DNA of 64,000 nucleotides from an uncultured Cyclobacteriaceae bacterium (GTDB lineage Bacteria; Bacteroidota; Bacteroidia; Cytophagales; Cyclobacteriaceae), in the NCBI GenBank assembly GCA_964235605.1, contig CAXSCR010000003.1:112275-176274 (forward strand), read 5' to 3'. Below, piece after piece: positions 28,983 to 38,185 of the stretch (positions are counted from its first letter, which is position 1; each line of letters starts with the position of its first letter). The notes under the pieces were generated by a model, which was given only the letters and a program-made list of their open reading frames with translations, ran no database searches and had not been told where the DNA came from. A program made the translations under genes and the position numbers.

Positions 28983-30173
28983 CTAATCTGCCGTAACCTC
29001 TGGAGCAGCAACTTTCTCTTTGCTCCCAGCATATAGCTCATACTCTAACAAGCGGCAGTCGATTTGGCTTGTGTAGAATTCTATTCTTCTGCTTGCCTTG
29101 AGTCCGATTTTTTTGGCGAGGTCAAGATTACCTGTGAAGATATATCCTGTATAGCCTTTGCACTTCTTCTTTAAAAAATCACCCATACGGGCGTAGGTTT
29201 CTTCAAGCTCAGTTACTTCTCCTAATCGCTGGCCGTACTCTGGATTAAAATAGATAACACCAGATTCACCTTGCGGGACTGATGTTTCTTCAAAATCACA
29301 TTCTATAAACTCAATGTAATTTTCAACGCCTGCATTAGCAGCGTTGATCTTTGAGATATTAATAGCATCATTACTTATATCTGAAGCAATAACTTTTAAA
29401 CCTGGTATGTCTACGATTTGGTCTTTTAACTTTTGAAATTCGGCATCATACATTTCGCGGTCATAACCCAGAATATGCATGAAAGAATAGTTATCACGAA
29501 ACAAACCAGGCCTTCTGTTCGTGGCCATTAGAACGGCTTCGATGGCAACTGTACCTGAACCGCACATGGGGTTTATGAAGTTCGACTTACGATCCCATTT
29601 TGTCGCTAATAATGTAGAGGCCGCTAGTGCTTCTAACATGGGTGCTTGACCCGGAATTTTACGGTAGCCGTGTTTAGCCAACGTGTGGCCCGATGTATCG
29701 ATGAATACTTCAGCACGATTCTCTTTCCAGTATAAATGGATTACCGTTCCATCCATTTCTGATCCGGAGTCCGGACGCTGCCCTGTTTCCCTTCTAAGTT
29801 TATCCGCAATAGCGTCTTTCACTTTTACATTAACAAACAACGGATTATTAACGGTATAATGATCAACGTGACTTGTTACTGATAGATAACCATCTTTGGG
29901 TATCAATGCTTCCCAAGGGAATGCAACCAAGGTATCATAGACATGCTCTGGACTATTGGTATTGAATGATTTCAAGGAATACAACACCTGGCTTGCGCAG
30001 CGCAGTCCCAAGTTCAATCTTATACAGTCTTTCAATGTACCATTTAGTTCAACGCCAGTTGCAAACTGGCGTTCAACGGTAAATCCTAGTTCTTCAACTT
30101 CTTGTTTTAAAAGTGCCGATAGGCGCTTGTTGCAGGTAATTATAATGCGGCTCGAATTTTCAAATACTTTCAC
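28983..30173 (-). CDS. THUMP-domain class I SAM-dependent RNA methyltransferase (GTG start)
   Basis: Motif I NPMCGSGT and motif IV FNPEYGQR. The N-terminal region is THUMP-like. Confidence 0.8.
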   Translation of the reverse strand: MKVFENSSRIIITCNKRLSALLKQEVEELGFTVERQFATGVELNGTLKDCIRLNLGLRCASQVLYSLKSFNTNSPEHVYDTLVAFPWEALIPKDGYLSVTSHVDHYTVNNPLFVNVKVKDAIADKLRRETGQRPDSGSEMDGTVIHLYWKENRAEVFIDTSGHTLAKHGYRKIPGQAPMLEALAASTLLATKWDRKSNFINPMCGSGTVAIEAVLMATNRRPGLFRDNYSFMHILGYDREMYDAEFQKLKDQIVDIPGLKVIASDISNDAINISKINAANAGVENYIEFIECDFEETSVPQGESGVIYFNPEYGQRLGEVTELEETYARMGDFLKKKCKGYTGYIFTGNLDLAKKIGLKASRRIEFYTSQIDCRLLEYELYAGSKEKVAAPEVTAD

Positions 30174-30324
30174 ACCGCAAACATAATTAATAAAAAGCTG
30201 ATTCGAACAATGAAGCGGGTGTGATGATAAAGCAAAGAGGACGCGTGCTATGCCAATAAGAAAACAACTTTCGATGGGTGGGGGATATCTTAACTCCTTT
30301 CATTATAAGGAACATTGCCTATGG

Positions 30325-30873
30325 CTACCAGGTAATAATATAAGTACAACTGTCGCCCCCATTTAAACGCGTTTCGCTAGATGAATCTAGTTGAACATCA
30401 AATATAAATGATGTGGTCGGAACAAACTTTTTTACAAGTGTACTGATTATGCCGCGATCGAATTCACTTGGGTATGGATTTTTGCAAATCATGACGGCAG
30501 TTCGTTTACTATCATCATACTCTTTTAAAGTATAATGACCGATCTCGCCACCTCGGTGGTTGAGATGATAGGCTACATCAATAGAAAAAAGTGCTTTTTG
30601 AAGGTTATCTATTTCGCTAGGGAAAATAGCATTTCCGGGTATCGCCTCGCCTATGGCAAAAAGCGTATGCATGCCTAATTCTTCCGAAATTTCCTTAAAA
30701 GCATCCAACCAGGCCTGTTGACTATACCATCCTGCGGAATGTGGCGCTAAAATACCATGCTTTTCCATAATTTTAGTACGCGTTGAACGCCCAGCTTCTA
30801 AGGCATTAACAACTGCCAATACAGTTTGACCATTTACTTCAACACCATCCTGAAAAGGAATAAATTGCGCCAT
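30325..30873 (-). CDS. Hypothetical protein, divergent from the histidine kinase gene
   Basis: 182-aa ORF with an ATG start. I recognise no family with confidence. Confidence 0.6.
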   Translation of the reverse strand: MAQFIPFQDGVEVNGQTVLAVVNALEAGRSTRTKIMEKHGILAPHSAGWYSQQAWLDAFKEISEELGMHTLFAIGEAIPGNAIFPSEIDNLQKALFSIDVAYHLNHRGGEIGHYTLKEYDDSKRTAVMICKNPYPSEFDRGIISTLVKKFVPTTSFIFDVQLDSSSETRLNGGDSCTYIITW

Positions 30874-30991
30874 AAGTAATTGAAATTCAATCTCAAAATA
30901 CGATTATAATTGAAAAGATTGAATATATGTAGGTTTTTGAAACTCAATACCTACTAAGTCCAACCTAAAAATTATACTTTTAGCTAAAATT

Positions 30992-32845
30992 ATGGACTTA
31001 AAAAACGCCGCTCCCACTGATTTCTTGAGGTCCATCCTAGAAAGTCCGAAAGGTGTTGTGATTTTTAGTTTGGATAAAAACTACCAGTACACAACTTTTT
31101 CTGAAAGCCATAAAGCTGAAATTAAAACAATTTGGAATGTTGAGATTGCCGTTGGCGTGAGTGTGCTCGCGGTTATACTAAATGAAGTTGACCGTGAAAA
31201 AGCCAAAGCCAATTTTGATAGGGCACTTCAAGGTGAATCTTTTGTATTAATAGAAGAATATGGCGATGTAGACCATCAGCGTATTTTCTATGAAAATAGA
31301 TATGCACCTGTAAAGGATGATGAAGGCAAAATAATCGGTGTCTCTGTTTTTGTGATCGATGTCTCTGAACTGAAACAGGTTGAGAATGCCTTAAAATTAA
31401 GCAAGCAAAGACTTCGATTAGTACTAAAATCTATTCCTGATTCCATATTCAGAATTAATACAGATGGAACCTATCTCGATTCCTTAACTGAACTAAGCAA
31501 TGGCGATCCATCCCCCTTGTTAGGGAAAAATATTTCAGATAAGTTATCGCCTAAGATATCATTGCAATACAAAAGGGCTATTAAACAGTGTCTGTACTTA
31601 CAAACTATTCAAACGCTAGATTACGAGATATTAAATAATGGTTTACAACAAACCTTAGAGGCTAGATTCATACCTTTTAGCCAAGAAGAAGTACTCGTGT
31701 TAGTAAGGGATATTACATCCCAAAAAAGAACCGAACTGGAAATATTAAAACTTTCTTTAATAGCTGAACACACCGTTAACGCCGTTATCATAACCGATGC
31801 AAGTGGAAATATTGAATGGGTTAATGAAGCCTTTACGCGAATCACAGAATATAGCTTACCTGACGTAATTGGTAAAAAGCCTGGGTCAGTTTTACAAAAA
31901 GAGGAAAGTGACCCCGTGTTGTGCGCGTATATGCGCGAAAAAATTAAAGCTAAACTACCCTTTATTGTTGAAATCATAAATTACACAAAATCAGGAAGGA
32001 AATATTGGGTGCATATAAATGCACAACCTATCTTCGAACATACAGGGTTAGTAACTAAATTCTTTGCCATTGAAACTGACATTACCGAGAGAAAAATGGC
32101 AGAGATTAAAATTGTTGAACAGAATACCAGGCTGACTTCAATTACAGAAAATCTGACACGGAAGAATGAGCAGTTAGAGGAGTTTACACAAATCGTTTCC
32201 CATAACCTTCGCTCTCCGATTGGCAATATCAGCGCGTTAATTGAACACCTGCATTCAACACAAGACGAAAGCGAACGGCTGGACATCATCAACCACCTTA
32301 AGCTTTCTACCAAGTCAATCATGTTAACTTTAAATGAATTGAACGATGTACTGAAAATAAAATATGCAGGGCACATAGTAAGAGAAGTCATTGATCTGCA
32401 AAAGGTCTATGAAAAAGTAAAGGGAATGCTGTTATTACAAATTAATGAAATTAAGGCAGATGTAACCGCTGACTTCAAAAACGCACCAATTATTTTATAC
32501 CCTCCAATTTACATTGAGAGCGTTATACTTAACCTACTAAGCAATGCATTAAAATATTTTTCTCCAGATAGAAAAACGTTAATTCATTTCGAATCCTGGA
32601 TTGAAAATAATTCGGTTATGATGAGCGTTAATGATACAGGATCAGGGATTGATCTTGAGCGATACGGCCACCAGGTCTTTAAATTAAGGAAAACTTTCCA
32701 TCGGCATTCTGAAAGCCGTGGTGTTGGGCTTTTCCTAATCAAGAATCAAATCGAAACAATGGGTGGCGAAATAACGATTAGTAGTGAAGTGAATATGGGA
32801 ACCACCTTTATAATAAATTTTGGAATCGACAGCTATGAAAAATAA
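30992..32845 (+). CDS. PAS-domain sensor histidine kinase
   Basis: H-box SHNLRSPIGNI, N-box LNLLSNALKY, G1 VNDTGSGID, G2 GVGLFLIK. PAS-like repeats and a coiled coil lie upstream. Confidence 0.9.
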   Translation: MDLKNAAPTDFLRSILESPKGVVIFSLDKNYQYTTFSESHKAEIKTIWNVEIAVGVSVLAVILNEVDREKAKANFDRALQGESFVLIEEYGDVDHQRIFYENRYAPVKDDEGKIIGVSVFVIDVSELKQVENALKLSKQRLRLVLKSIPDSIFRINTDGTYLDSLTELSNGDPSPLLGKNISDKLSPKISLQYKRAIKQCLYLQTIQTLDYEILNNGLQQTLEARFIPFSQEEVLVLVRDITSQKRTELEILKLSLIAEHTVNAVIITDASGNIEWVNEAFTRITEYSLPDVIGKKPGSVLQKEESDPVLCAYMREKIKAKLPFIVEIINYTKSGRKYWVHINAQPIFEHTGLVTKFFAIETDITERKMAEIKIVEQNTRLTSITENLTRKNEQLEEFTQIVSHNLRSPIGNISALIEHLHSTQDESERLDIINHLKLSTKSIMLTLNELNDVLKIKYAGHIVREVIDLQKVYEKVKGMLLLQINEIKADVTADFKNAPIILYPPIYIESVILNLLSNALKYFSPDRKTLIHFESWIENNSVMMSVNDTGSGIDLERYGHQVFKLRKTFHRHSESRGVGLFLIKNQIETMGGEITISSEVNMGTTFIINFGIDSYEK

Positions 32846-33242
32846 AAGTATCTGTGTAGGCATCGTAGATGATGATGACACTTTTCAGTTTATCACATTA
32901 AAAGCAGTAAACTCTATTGCTTCAGATAATACTGTATTACCATTTTCAAGCAGTATTGATGCGCTGAAATTTCTTAAGAAGAACGCAAAGCTTCCTGATC
33001 TTTTACCCGACCTATTACTGGTGGATATCAATATGCCTGTAATAGATGGGTGGATGTTCCTGGAAGAGTTTCATTTATTTCAAGACAAAATAGCTAAGCA
33101 AATAGATATTTACATGGTTAGCTCCTCAATAGATTTTAATGATATTGAGCGCGCCAAGCAAAATAAAAACATTCTTGAGTATTTGACTAAACCCATCTCG
33201 AACGAAAAATTTAAGGAACTACTAACAAGAACAAAGCGTTAA
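32835..33242 (+). CDS. Response regulator, receiver domain only
   Basis: Contains IVDDDD, phospho-acceptor LLVDINMPVIDGW and TKPI. ATG 32835 overlaps the kinase 3' end by 11 nt. The ORF-track start 32820 is a non-ATG start. Confidence 0.85.
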   Translation: MKNKSICVGIVDDDDTFQFITLKAVNSIASDNTVLPFSSSIDALKFLKKNAKLPDLLPDLLLVDINMPVIDGWMFLEEFHLFQDKIAKQIDIYMVSSSIDFNDIERAKQNKNILEYLTKPISNEKFKELLTRTKR

Positions 33243-33266
33243 AACGATCCCCTCTAATTGCCAAGC

Positions 33267-33752
33267 ATGGATCTATCACGATTTCAGGAACAGTCAAAAA
33301 ATAAGTCTGTTGAAAACAAAAAGTTTTTATTGGGCTTAAAGAAGAAAGATGCACGTAAAGTTGACGACACCTTTCACGAAACACATGACGAAGTTTTTGA
33401 AGAACTCAATTGTTTAGAATGTGCCAATTGCTGTAAAACTACCAGTCCTATATTTTATCAGAATGATATTGAGCGTGTAGCGAAATCACTACGCTTAAAA
33501 CCTGGCGAATTTATAGATCGATACTTACGCATAGATGAGGATAAAGATTATGTTCTACAATCTTCACCTTGCCCCTTTCTTGATTCAGATAACTATTGCA
33601 AAGTTTACGACGATAGACCTAAAGCCTGTCGTGAATATCCACATACCGACCGCAAAAAGATGGTTCAAATCATGGACCTTACCCACCAAAACACCTTGGT
33701 ATGCCCAGCTGTTTTACAAATCGTGGAACGCTTGAAATCGCTTTTCAAGTAG
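33267..33752 (+). CDS. YkgJ family cysteine-cluster protein
   Basis: Contains CLECANCC and a second Cys cluster CPFLDSDNYCKVYDDRPKACREYP. ATG 33267 is preferred over TTG 33258. Confidence 0.75.
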   Translation: MDLSRFQEQSKNKSVENKKFLLGLKKKDARKVDDTFHETHDEVFEELNCLECANCCKTTSPIFYQNDIERVAKSLRLKPGEFIDRYLRIDEDKDYVLQSSPCPFLDSDNYCKVYDDRPKACREYPHTDRKKMVQIMDLTHQNTLVCPAVLQIVERLKSLFK

Positions 33753-33950
33753 TTGGTATTGGCCTAAGGTTAACAATCGGCTAGCCACAGCAATTTACCA
33801 TTCAATACCAAAATACCTGCTTAATAAGCTTAATAATGGTTTAGGGTTCAATAATTTCTAAGTATCTTATCTTTAATTCCTGGCCACACGAACAGATCAT
33901 CAATACGTAACGGACTTTCGGTCGTGGATTGTGGAGTTTAAAAACTAGTC

Positions 33951-36900
33951 ATGATTTGGAAACATAAAATAAGGCTGCTATACGCCTTAATTTATTTTAA
34001 CGTTATAGGAATAACGAATGCTGGCACGGATCCAGGATTGAAGTTTATTGAAAACAAAAATCAATGGCCTTCACCAATCCATTTTTCAGCAAAGATGCCT
34101 GGTGGAAATATATTTCTTCAACCCGGGCGATTCAGCTACTATGTATTTGATGCACAGAAGCTGCATGATATACATGAACAGAACCATACCAATAGCGAAG
34201 TTAACCAGTCCTACTCCGACAATAGTATTAGAGAACATCTTTTGTTTGTAGATTTTATCGGTTCAAATAAAGATGCCATACCTCAACCTATTGGTATGTT
34301 ACCCACATATTATAATTATTTTATTGGGGGTGACTCTAACAAATGGGCACACGGCGCAAACTCGTATACAGGCGTACTATACCAAGACTTTTATGAAGGC
34401 ATAGACCTCAAAATCTATTCTGTTAACGAAAACTTTAAGTATGATTACATAGTAGCACCGCTAGGCGATCCAACGAAAATTCTTGTTCGTTATTCTGGTG
34501 CTGACAACATTTACCTAGATAATGGAAACCTATTTTTAAAAACATCTTTAGGTGATATAATTGAAAAACGTCCTTATGCTTATCAGATAATCAATGGAAA
34601 AAAAGTTGAAGTCGTTTGTAAATATGTTTTACAAGGCAAGCAAGTTTCGTTTCATTTTCCCGATGGCTATGACGCGTGCTATGAATTAACAATTGATCCC
34701 GTTCTTATTTTTTCCACCTATTCAGGTTCTAGCGCAGATAACTGGGGAAGTACAGCTACGCCGGGAGAAGGTGGTAAACTGTATTCTGCTGGTGTTACTA
34801 ATCCAAGTAGAGGCGGTGGTGCGTTCCCTGTAAGAGGAGGGCCATTCCAAACTGCTTACGCTGGCATGTACGACATAGGAATTTTAAAATATGACTCTGC
34901 AGGCAAGACGCTTCTGTACGCATCTTACCTGGGTGGGGACGATTCTGAATCACCGCATAGTTTGGTTATGAATTCAAATGAAGAGTTAATTGTATTTGGC
35001 ACCACCAGTTCATACAATTTTCCTACAACAACAGGTGTTATAGATAGAACATTTAACGGTGGTACGCTGGTGGCACATGTTGTAATGTATACCAATGGTT
35101 CTGATATGTTTGTAGCGCGTATCAGTAAGGATGGTAAGAGCCTATTATCTTCCACCTACCTTGGTGGATCTAATAACGATGGACTCAACCCAATTGAGGG
35201 TGGTCTAGTCCGAAATTATGGAGACCAACTACGTGGCGATGTTATAACCGACGAACTTGGAAACATTTACATTAGTTCAGTGACTTCTTCATCAGACTTC
35301 CCTGTCACGAAAGGACTCGATACGTTATATAACAATGGCGGCACAGATGCCGTGTTAGTAAAGTTAAATCGTGAATTGACAAATATAATTTGGGGTACTT
35401 TTCTTGGTGGTGACGGAGCAGACGCTTCGCATACACTTAAGCTAGACAAGGATAAAAATGTGTTCATTGCGGGTGGTACCAATAGCACAGATTTTCCGGT
35501 AACTGATGAAGGCTATCAAACAACAAATGCAGGAGAGGAAGACGGCTGGATTGGTAAAATTAAGAATGACGGAAAGGAGATCATTTCTGCTACCTACACC
35601 GGAACTTCTGAATTTGATCAAATTTATTTTTTAGATATAAATGAAGATGAAGACGTTTATGTTTATGGACAGACTGCCGGTAATTTCCCCGTAACTACCA
35701 ATTCATTTAAGCCAGGAAGCGGACAATTTTTACAGAAGTTTAAAAATGATTTATCTAGCTCAATTTTTTCTACTGTCTTCGGATCTGGTAGCGGCATACC
35801 CGATATCTCGCCTACAGCTTTTTTAGTAAATGAATGCAATAATATTATCATGGCCGGATGGGGTGGTGACATAAATAGTAACCTCGGCTATTGGCCAAGT
35901 AGTACCCACGGAATGCTTACAAGTGAGGATGCCTACCAATCAACCACCAGTGGTTCAGACTTTTATTTCATTGTATTAACAGAAGATGCTAGCCAACTAT
36001 TATATGCAACCTACCTCGGAGGCAGTGATTCTAAAACGCATGTTGACGGAGGTACCAGTCGCTTTGATAAGGGAGGTATAGTGTATCACGCCGTATGTTC
36101 AGGATGCGAATATTTAAATGAAACAGGTCACTCAACCTCAGACTTTCCAACTACCGACGGCGCCTGGTCAGCAACAAACAATAGCACGAATTGTAATAAC
36201 GCTGCTTTCAAATTTGATCTATCAACATTGAAAGCCCGCTTACAAACCAATACTACAATTTTTGACATGCCTGGTTTCAATAGGGTATGCATGCCCAATT
36301 TGATTGTATTCGAAAATAAATCTATCGGTGGAAAAAAATATGAATGGGACATGGGTGATGGAACTACTAAATTGTTACTAGACACCAATTACTTTGAATA
36401 TGAATATGGTGCCATCGGAGATTACGTTGTTAAACTAAAAGCAATTGATGAGGGCACATGCATAGGCACAGATATAGCGTCAACAGTGGTGCATGTATAT
36501 GAGCCTAGAGTTACAATTCAGGATGATCAGGCGCTTTGTTTTGGTACGCCCTTTTCACTACAGGCATATAATAGCGACAACAATAGTCACAACGATTATT
36601 TTAACTGGACTACCAACAATAATTCATTTGAATCACATGATTTCAATTATACGCACATAGTAAATCCACCAGAAACAACTGAATACTATGTTACTATTAC
36701 TGAAGGGGAAGGCTGCATCCATAAAGAGAGCGTACAACTCACTGTAATTCCAAACGTTGAGTTAGACTTTGAATTTAAGCGTCCAACAGATTGCTTTTCA
36801 CGACCTACCATTGAGCTTAGAACTACCTTAAAATCAGAAGATGCCGATCAAATATTCTATGACTTTGGTGACGGCCAAACATCTGATGCAGATGAAGTAG

Positions 36901-37268
36901 AACACACCTACACTTCTGATAATACCTATCATGTAAAACTAGTTGGTACCCGTGAGTTCTGTGTTTATGAAAAAGGAATTGATGTACCGATCTACACCAT
37001 AAAAGTACCCAACGTTATTACCCCTGCACAGAAAGAAAAGAATGATACATTCACAATTCAATATGGCGATGTAGCTGGCGCTACCCCAGCTAACTATGGA
37101 TTAAAAGTATCTGTTGTAATCTACAATCGCTGGGGCCGACCGGTTTATGAATCAGAAGATTACAAATATGATTGGGCAGCAGAAGGACTTGCAGGTGGTG
37201 TTTACTTCTACGATGTTGAGATAGAAGGCCGCTCAAGTTGTAAGAGTTGGATACATGTAATTAAGTGA
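33951..37268 (+). CDS. Large secreted protein with beta-propeller (SBBP-like) repeats, PKD-like domains and a T9SS type B (gliding-motility-associated) C-terminal sorting domain
   Basis: Repeated YLGG..D motifs. PKD-like YEWDMGDGT and FYDFGDGQ. C-terminal segment VPNVITPAQKEKNDTFTI...IYNRWGRPVYES...GGVYFYDVE. Confidence 0.8.
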   Translation: MIWKHKIRLLYALIYFNVIGITNAGTDPGLKFIENKNQWPSPIHFSAKMPGGNIFLQPGRFSYYVFDAQKLHDIHEQNHTNSEVNQSYSDNSIREHLLFVDFIGSNKDAIPQPIGMLPTYYNYFIGGDSNKWAHGANSYTGVLYQDFYEGIDLKIYSVNENFKYDYIVAPLGDPTKILVRYSGADNIYLDNGNLFLKTSLGDIIEKRPYAYQIINGKKVEVVCKYVLQGKQVSFHFPDGYDACYELTIDPVLIFSTYSGSSADNWGSTATPGEGGKLYSAGVTNPSRGGGAFPVRGGPFQTAYAGMYDIGILKYDSAGKTLLYASYLGGDDSESPHSLVMNSNEELIVFGTTSSYNFPTTTGVIDRTFNGGTLVAHVVMYTNGSDMFVARISKDGKSLLSSTYLGGSNNDGLNPIEGGLVRNYGDQLRGDVITDELGNIYISSVTSSSDFPVTKGLDTLYNNGGTDAVLVKLNRELTNIIWGTFLGGDGADASHTLKLDKDKNVFIAGGTNSTDFPVTDEGYQTTNAGEEDGWIGKIKNDGKEIISATYTGTSEFDQIYFLDINEDEDVYVYGQTAGNFPVTTNSFKPGSGQFLQKFKNDLSSSIFSTVFGSGSGIPDISPTAFLVNECNNIIMAGWGGDINSNLGYWPSSTHGMLTSEDAYQSTTSGSDFYFIVLTEDASQLLYATYLGGSDSKTHVDGGTSRFDKGGIVYHAVCSGCEYLNETGHSTSDFPTTDGAWSATNNSTNCNNAAFKFDLSTLKARLQTNTTIFDMPGFNRVCMPNLIVFENKSIGGKKYEWDMGDGTTKLLLDTNYFEYEYGAIGDYVVKLKAIDEGTCIGTDIASTVVHVYEPRVTIQDDQALCFGTPFSLQAYNSDNNSHNDYFNWTTNNNSFESHDFNYTHIVNPPETTEYYVTITEGEGCIHKESVQLTVIPNVELDFEFKRPTDCFSRPTIELRTTLKSEDADQIFYDFGDGQTSDADEVEHTYTSDNTYHVKLVGTREFCVYEKGIDVPIYTIKVPNVITPAQKEKNDTFTIQYGDVAGATPANYGLKVSVVIYNRWGRPVYESEDYKYDWAAEGLAGGVYFYDVEIEGRSSCKSWIHVIK

Positions 37269-37700
37269 TTCAATAATATCATGATTCGTGACTATTCAAG
37301 GTGCTGTAGTTGTGATGATCTGATTCACAACAGAGATTGGACTGTTGAAATAATAAGATAAGAATTACGTGAAGACAACCCAGAAATTCCATTTAACTCA
37401 AACAAAATATCACATATCCAGGTCTGTGTCCTCACCATAGCCGTCAACCTAAGATGAGTCTCAGAGGGACGGTATATTGGTAGCCTGGAATTTCATAGAG
37501 ATATAAGTCCTGTAGGAACGGTATATATCGTACCTACGGCACTTATTTTTCCTTATAATGTTATGATCTACCGATATATCATCCCTACGGGATTTTGTTA
37601 GGTTACGTCTACTAGTAGAAACACAGACCGTGATTATGGTTTAAGATTTAGACACCTCAAAACATGATACTATAACCTTTTAACCCTTGCCCATATCCAT

Positions 37701-37807
37701 GGTCTGTGTCCTCACAGACCTATTACAGCCTCCGCAGGATTAATGCTCTATTGTTCATTCAAAGCTTGTGTCGGGGTTTCCTTTCACAGTCTGTGAGGAC
37801 ACAGACC
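37701..37807. repeat. MITE/REP-like element with palindromic termini (copy 2, inverted relative to copy 1)
   Basis: CATGGTCTGTGTCCTCACAGACC (37698-37720) and GTCTGTGAGGACACAGACCATGG (37789-37811) are inverted repeats. The core is homologous to 28798-28881 in reverse. Solo half-sites lie at 37431-37445 and 37621-37629. Confidence 0.8.
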
Positions 37808-37815
37808 ATGGTGGG

Positions 37816-37870
37816 AGGACAATTTGTACAATGCGCGATATCGGTAGTTTGACTAAATGGAATTTCATCA
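37816..37870 (-). pseudogene. Detached duplicate of the 3' coding end of the nuclease gene at 38186-41080
   Basis: 37816-37855 matches 38213-38252 with 1 mismatch in about 40 nt, and similarity decays over the next 15 nt or so. The minus strand reads (stop)TGDEIPFSQTTDIAHCTNCP, against NPEVPFSQTTDIAHCTNCP in the intact gene. Confidence 0.8.
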
Positions 37871-38185
37871 CCCGTTCAGCTCCGTAGGAGCTTACTGTTT
37901 ATAGAAAACAATGGACATTTTTTTCGCTCCATAGGAGCCTCCTGAAAACTACCTCTATTTGTGAGAATTAACGTAACACATATTAGGTGGCTCCCATGGA
38001 GCCTGATCTATTAAATTATAATTTTCTATAAACACGATGCTCCTCCGGAGCTAGAGCAGAAGGTAGCTTAAAACTTATAGTATAATTATTTATTGTCATT
38101 GTGTCCACCAACTATTGCCGACACTAATCATGATACAGTTTTAAAAACCCAACCTTATTGGTGCTGCATTCAATTAACACAATTT

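Larger units (their letters stand above)
37507..38051. repeat. Cluster of short 13-nt palindromic hairpin repeats
   Basis: GTCCTGTAGGAAC 37507, ATCCCTACGGGAT 37581, GCTCCGTAGGAGC 37879, GCTCCATAGGAGC 37926, GCTCCCATGGAGC 37990, GCTCCTCCGGAGC 38039. TGTTTATAGAAAA and its reverse complement are also present. Confidence 0.8.

Noticed and set aside
37879-38051. Possible degenerate CRISPR array, given hairpin repeats at 47-64 nt spacing.
   Set aside because: Only the 13-nt palindromes recur, and even these differ in their centres. There is no conserved 25-40 nt repeat unit, no leader, no regular period and no cas genes in the window.
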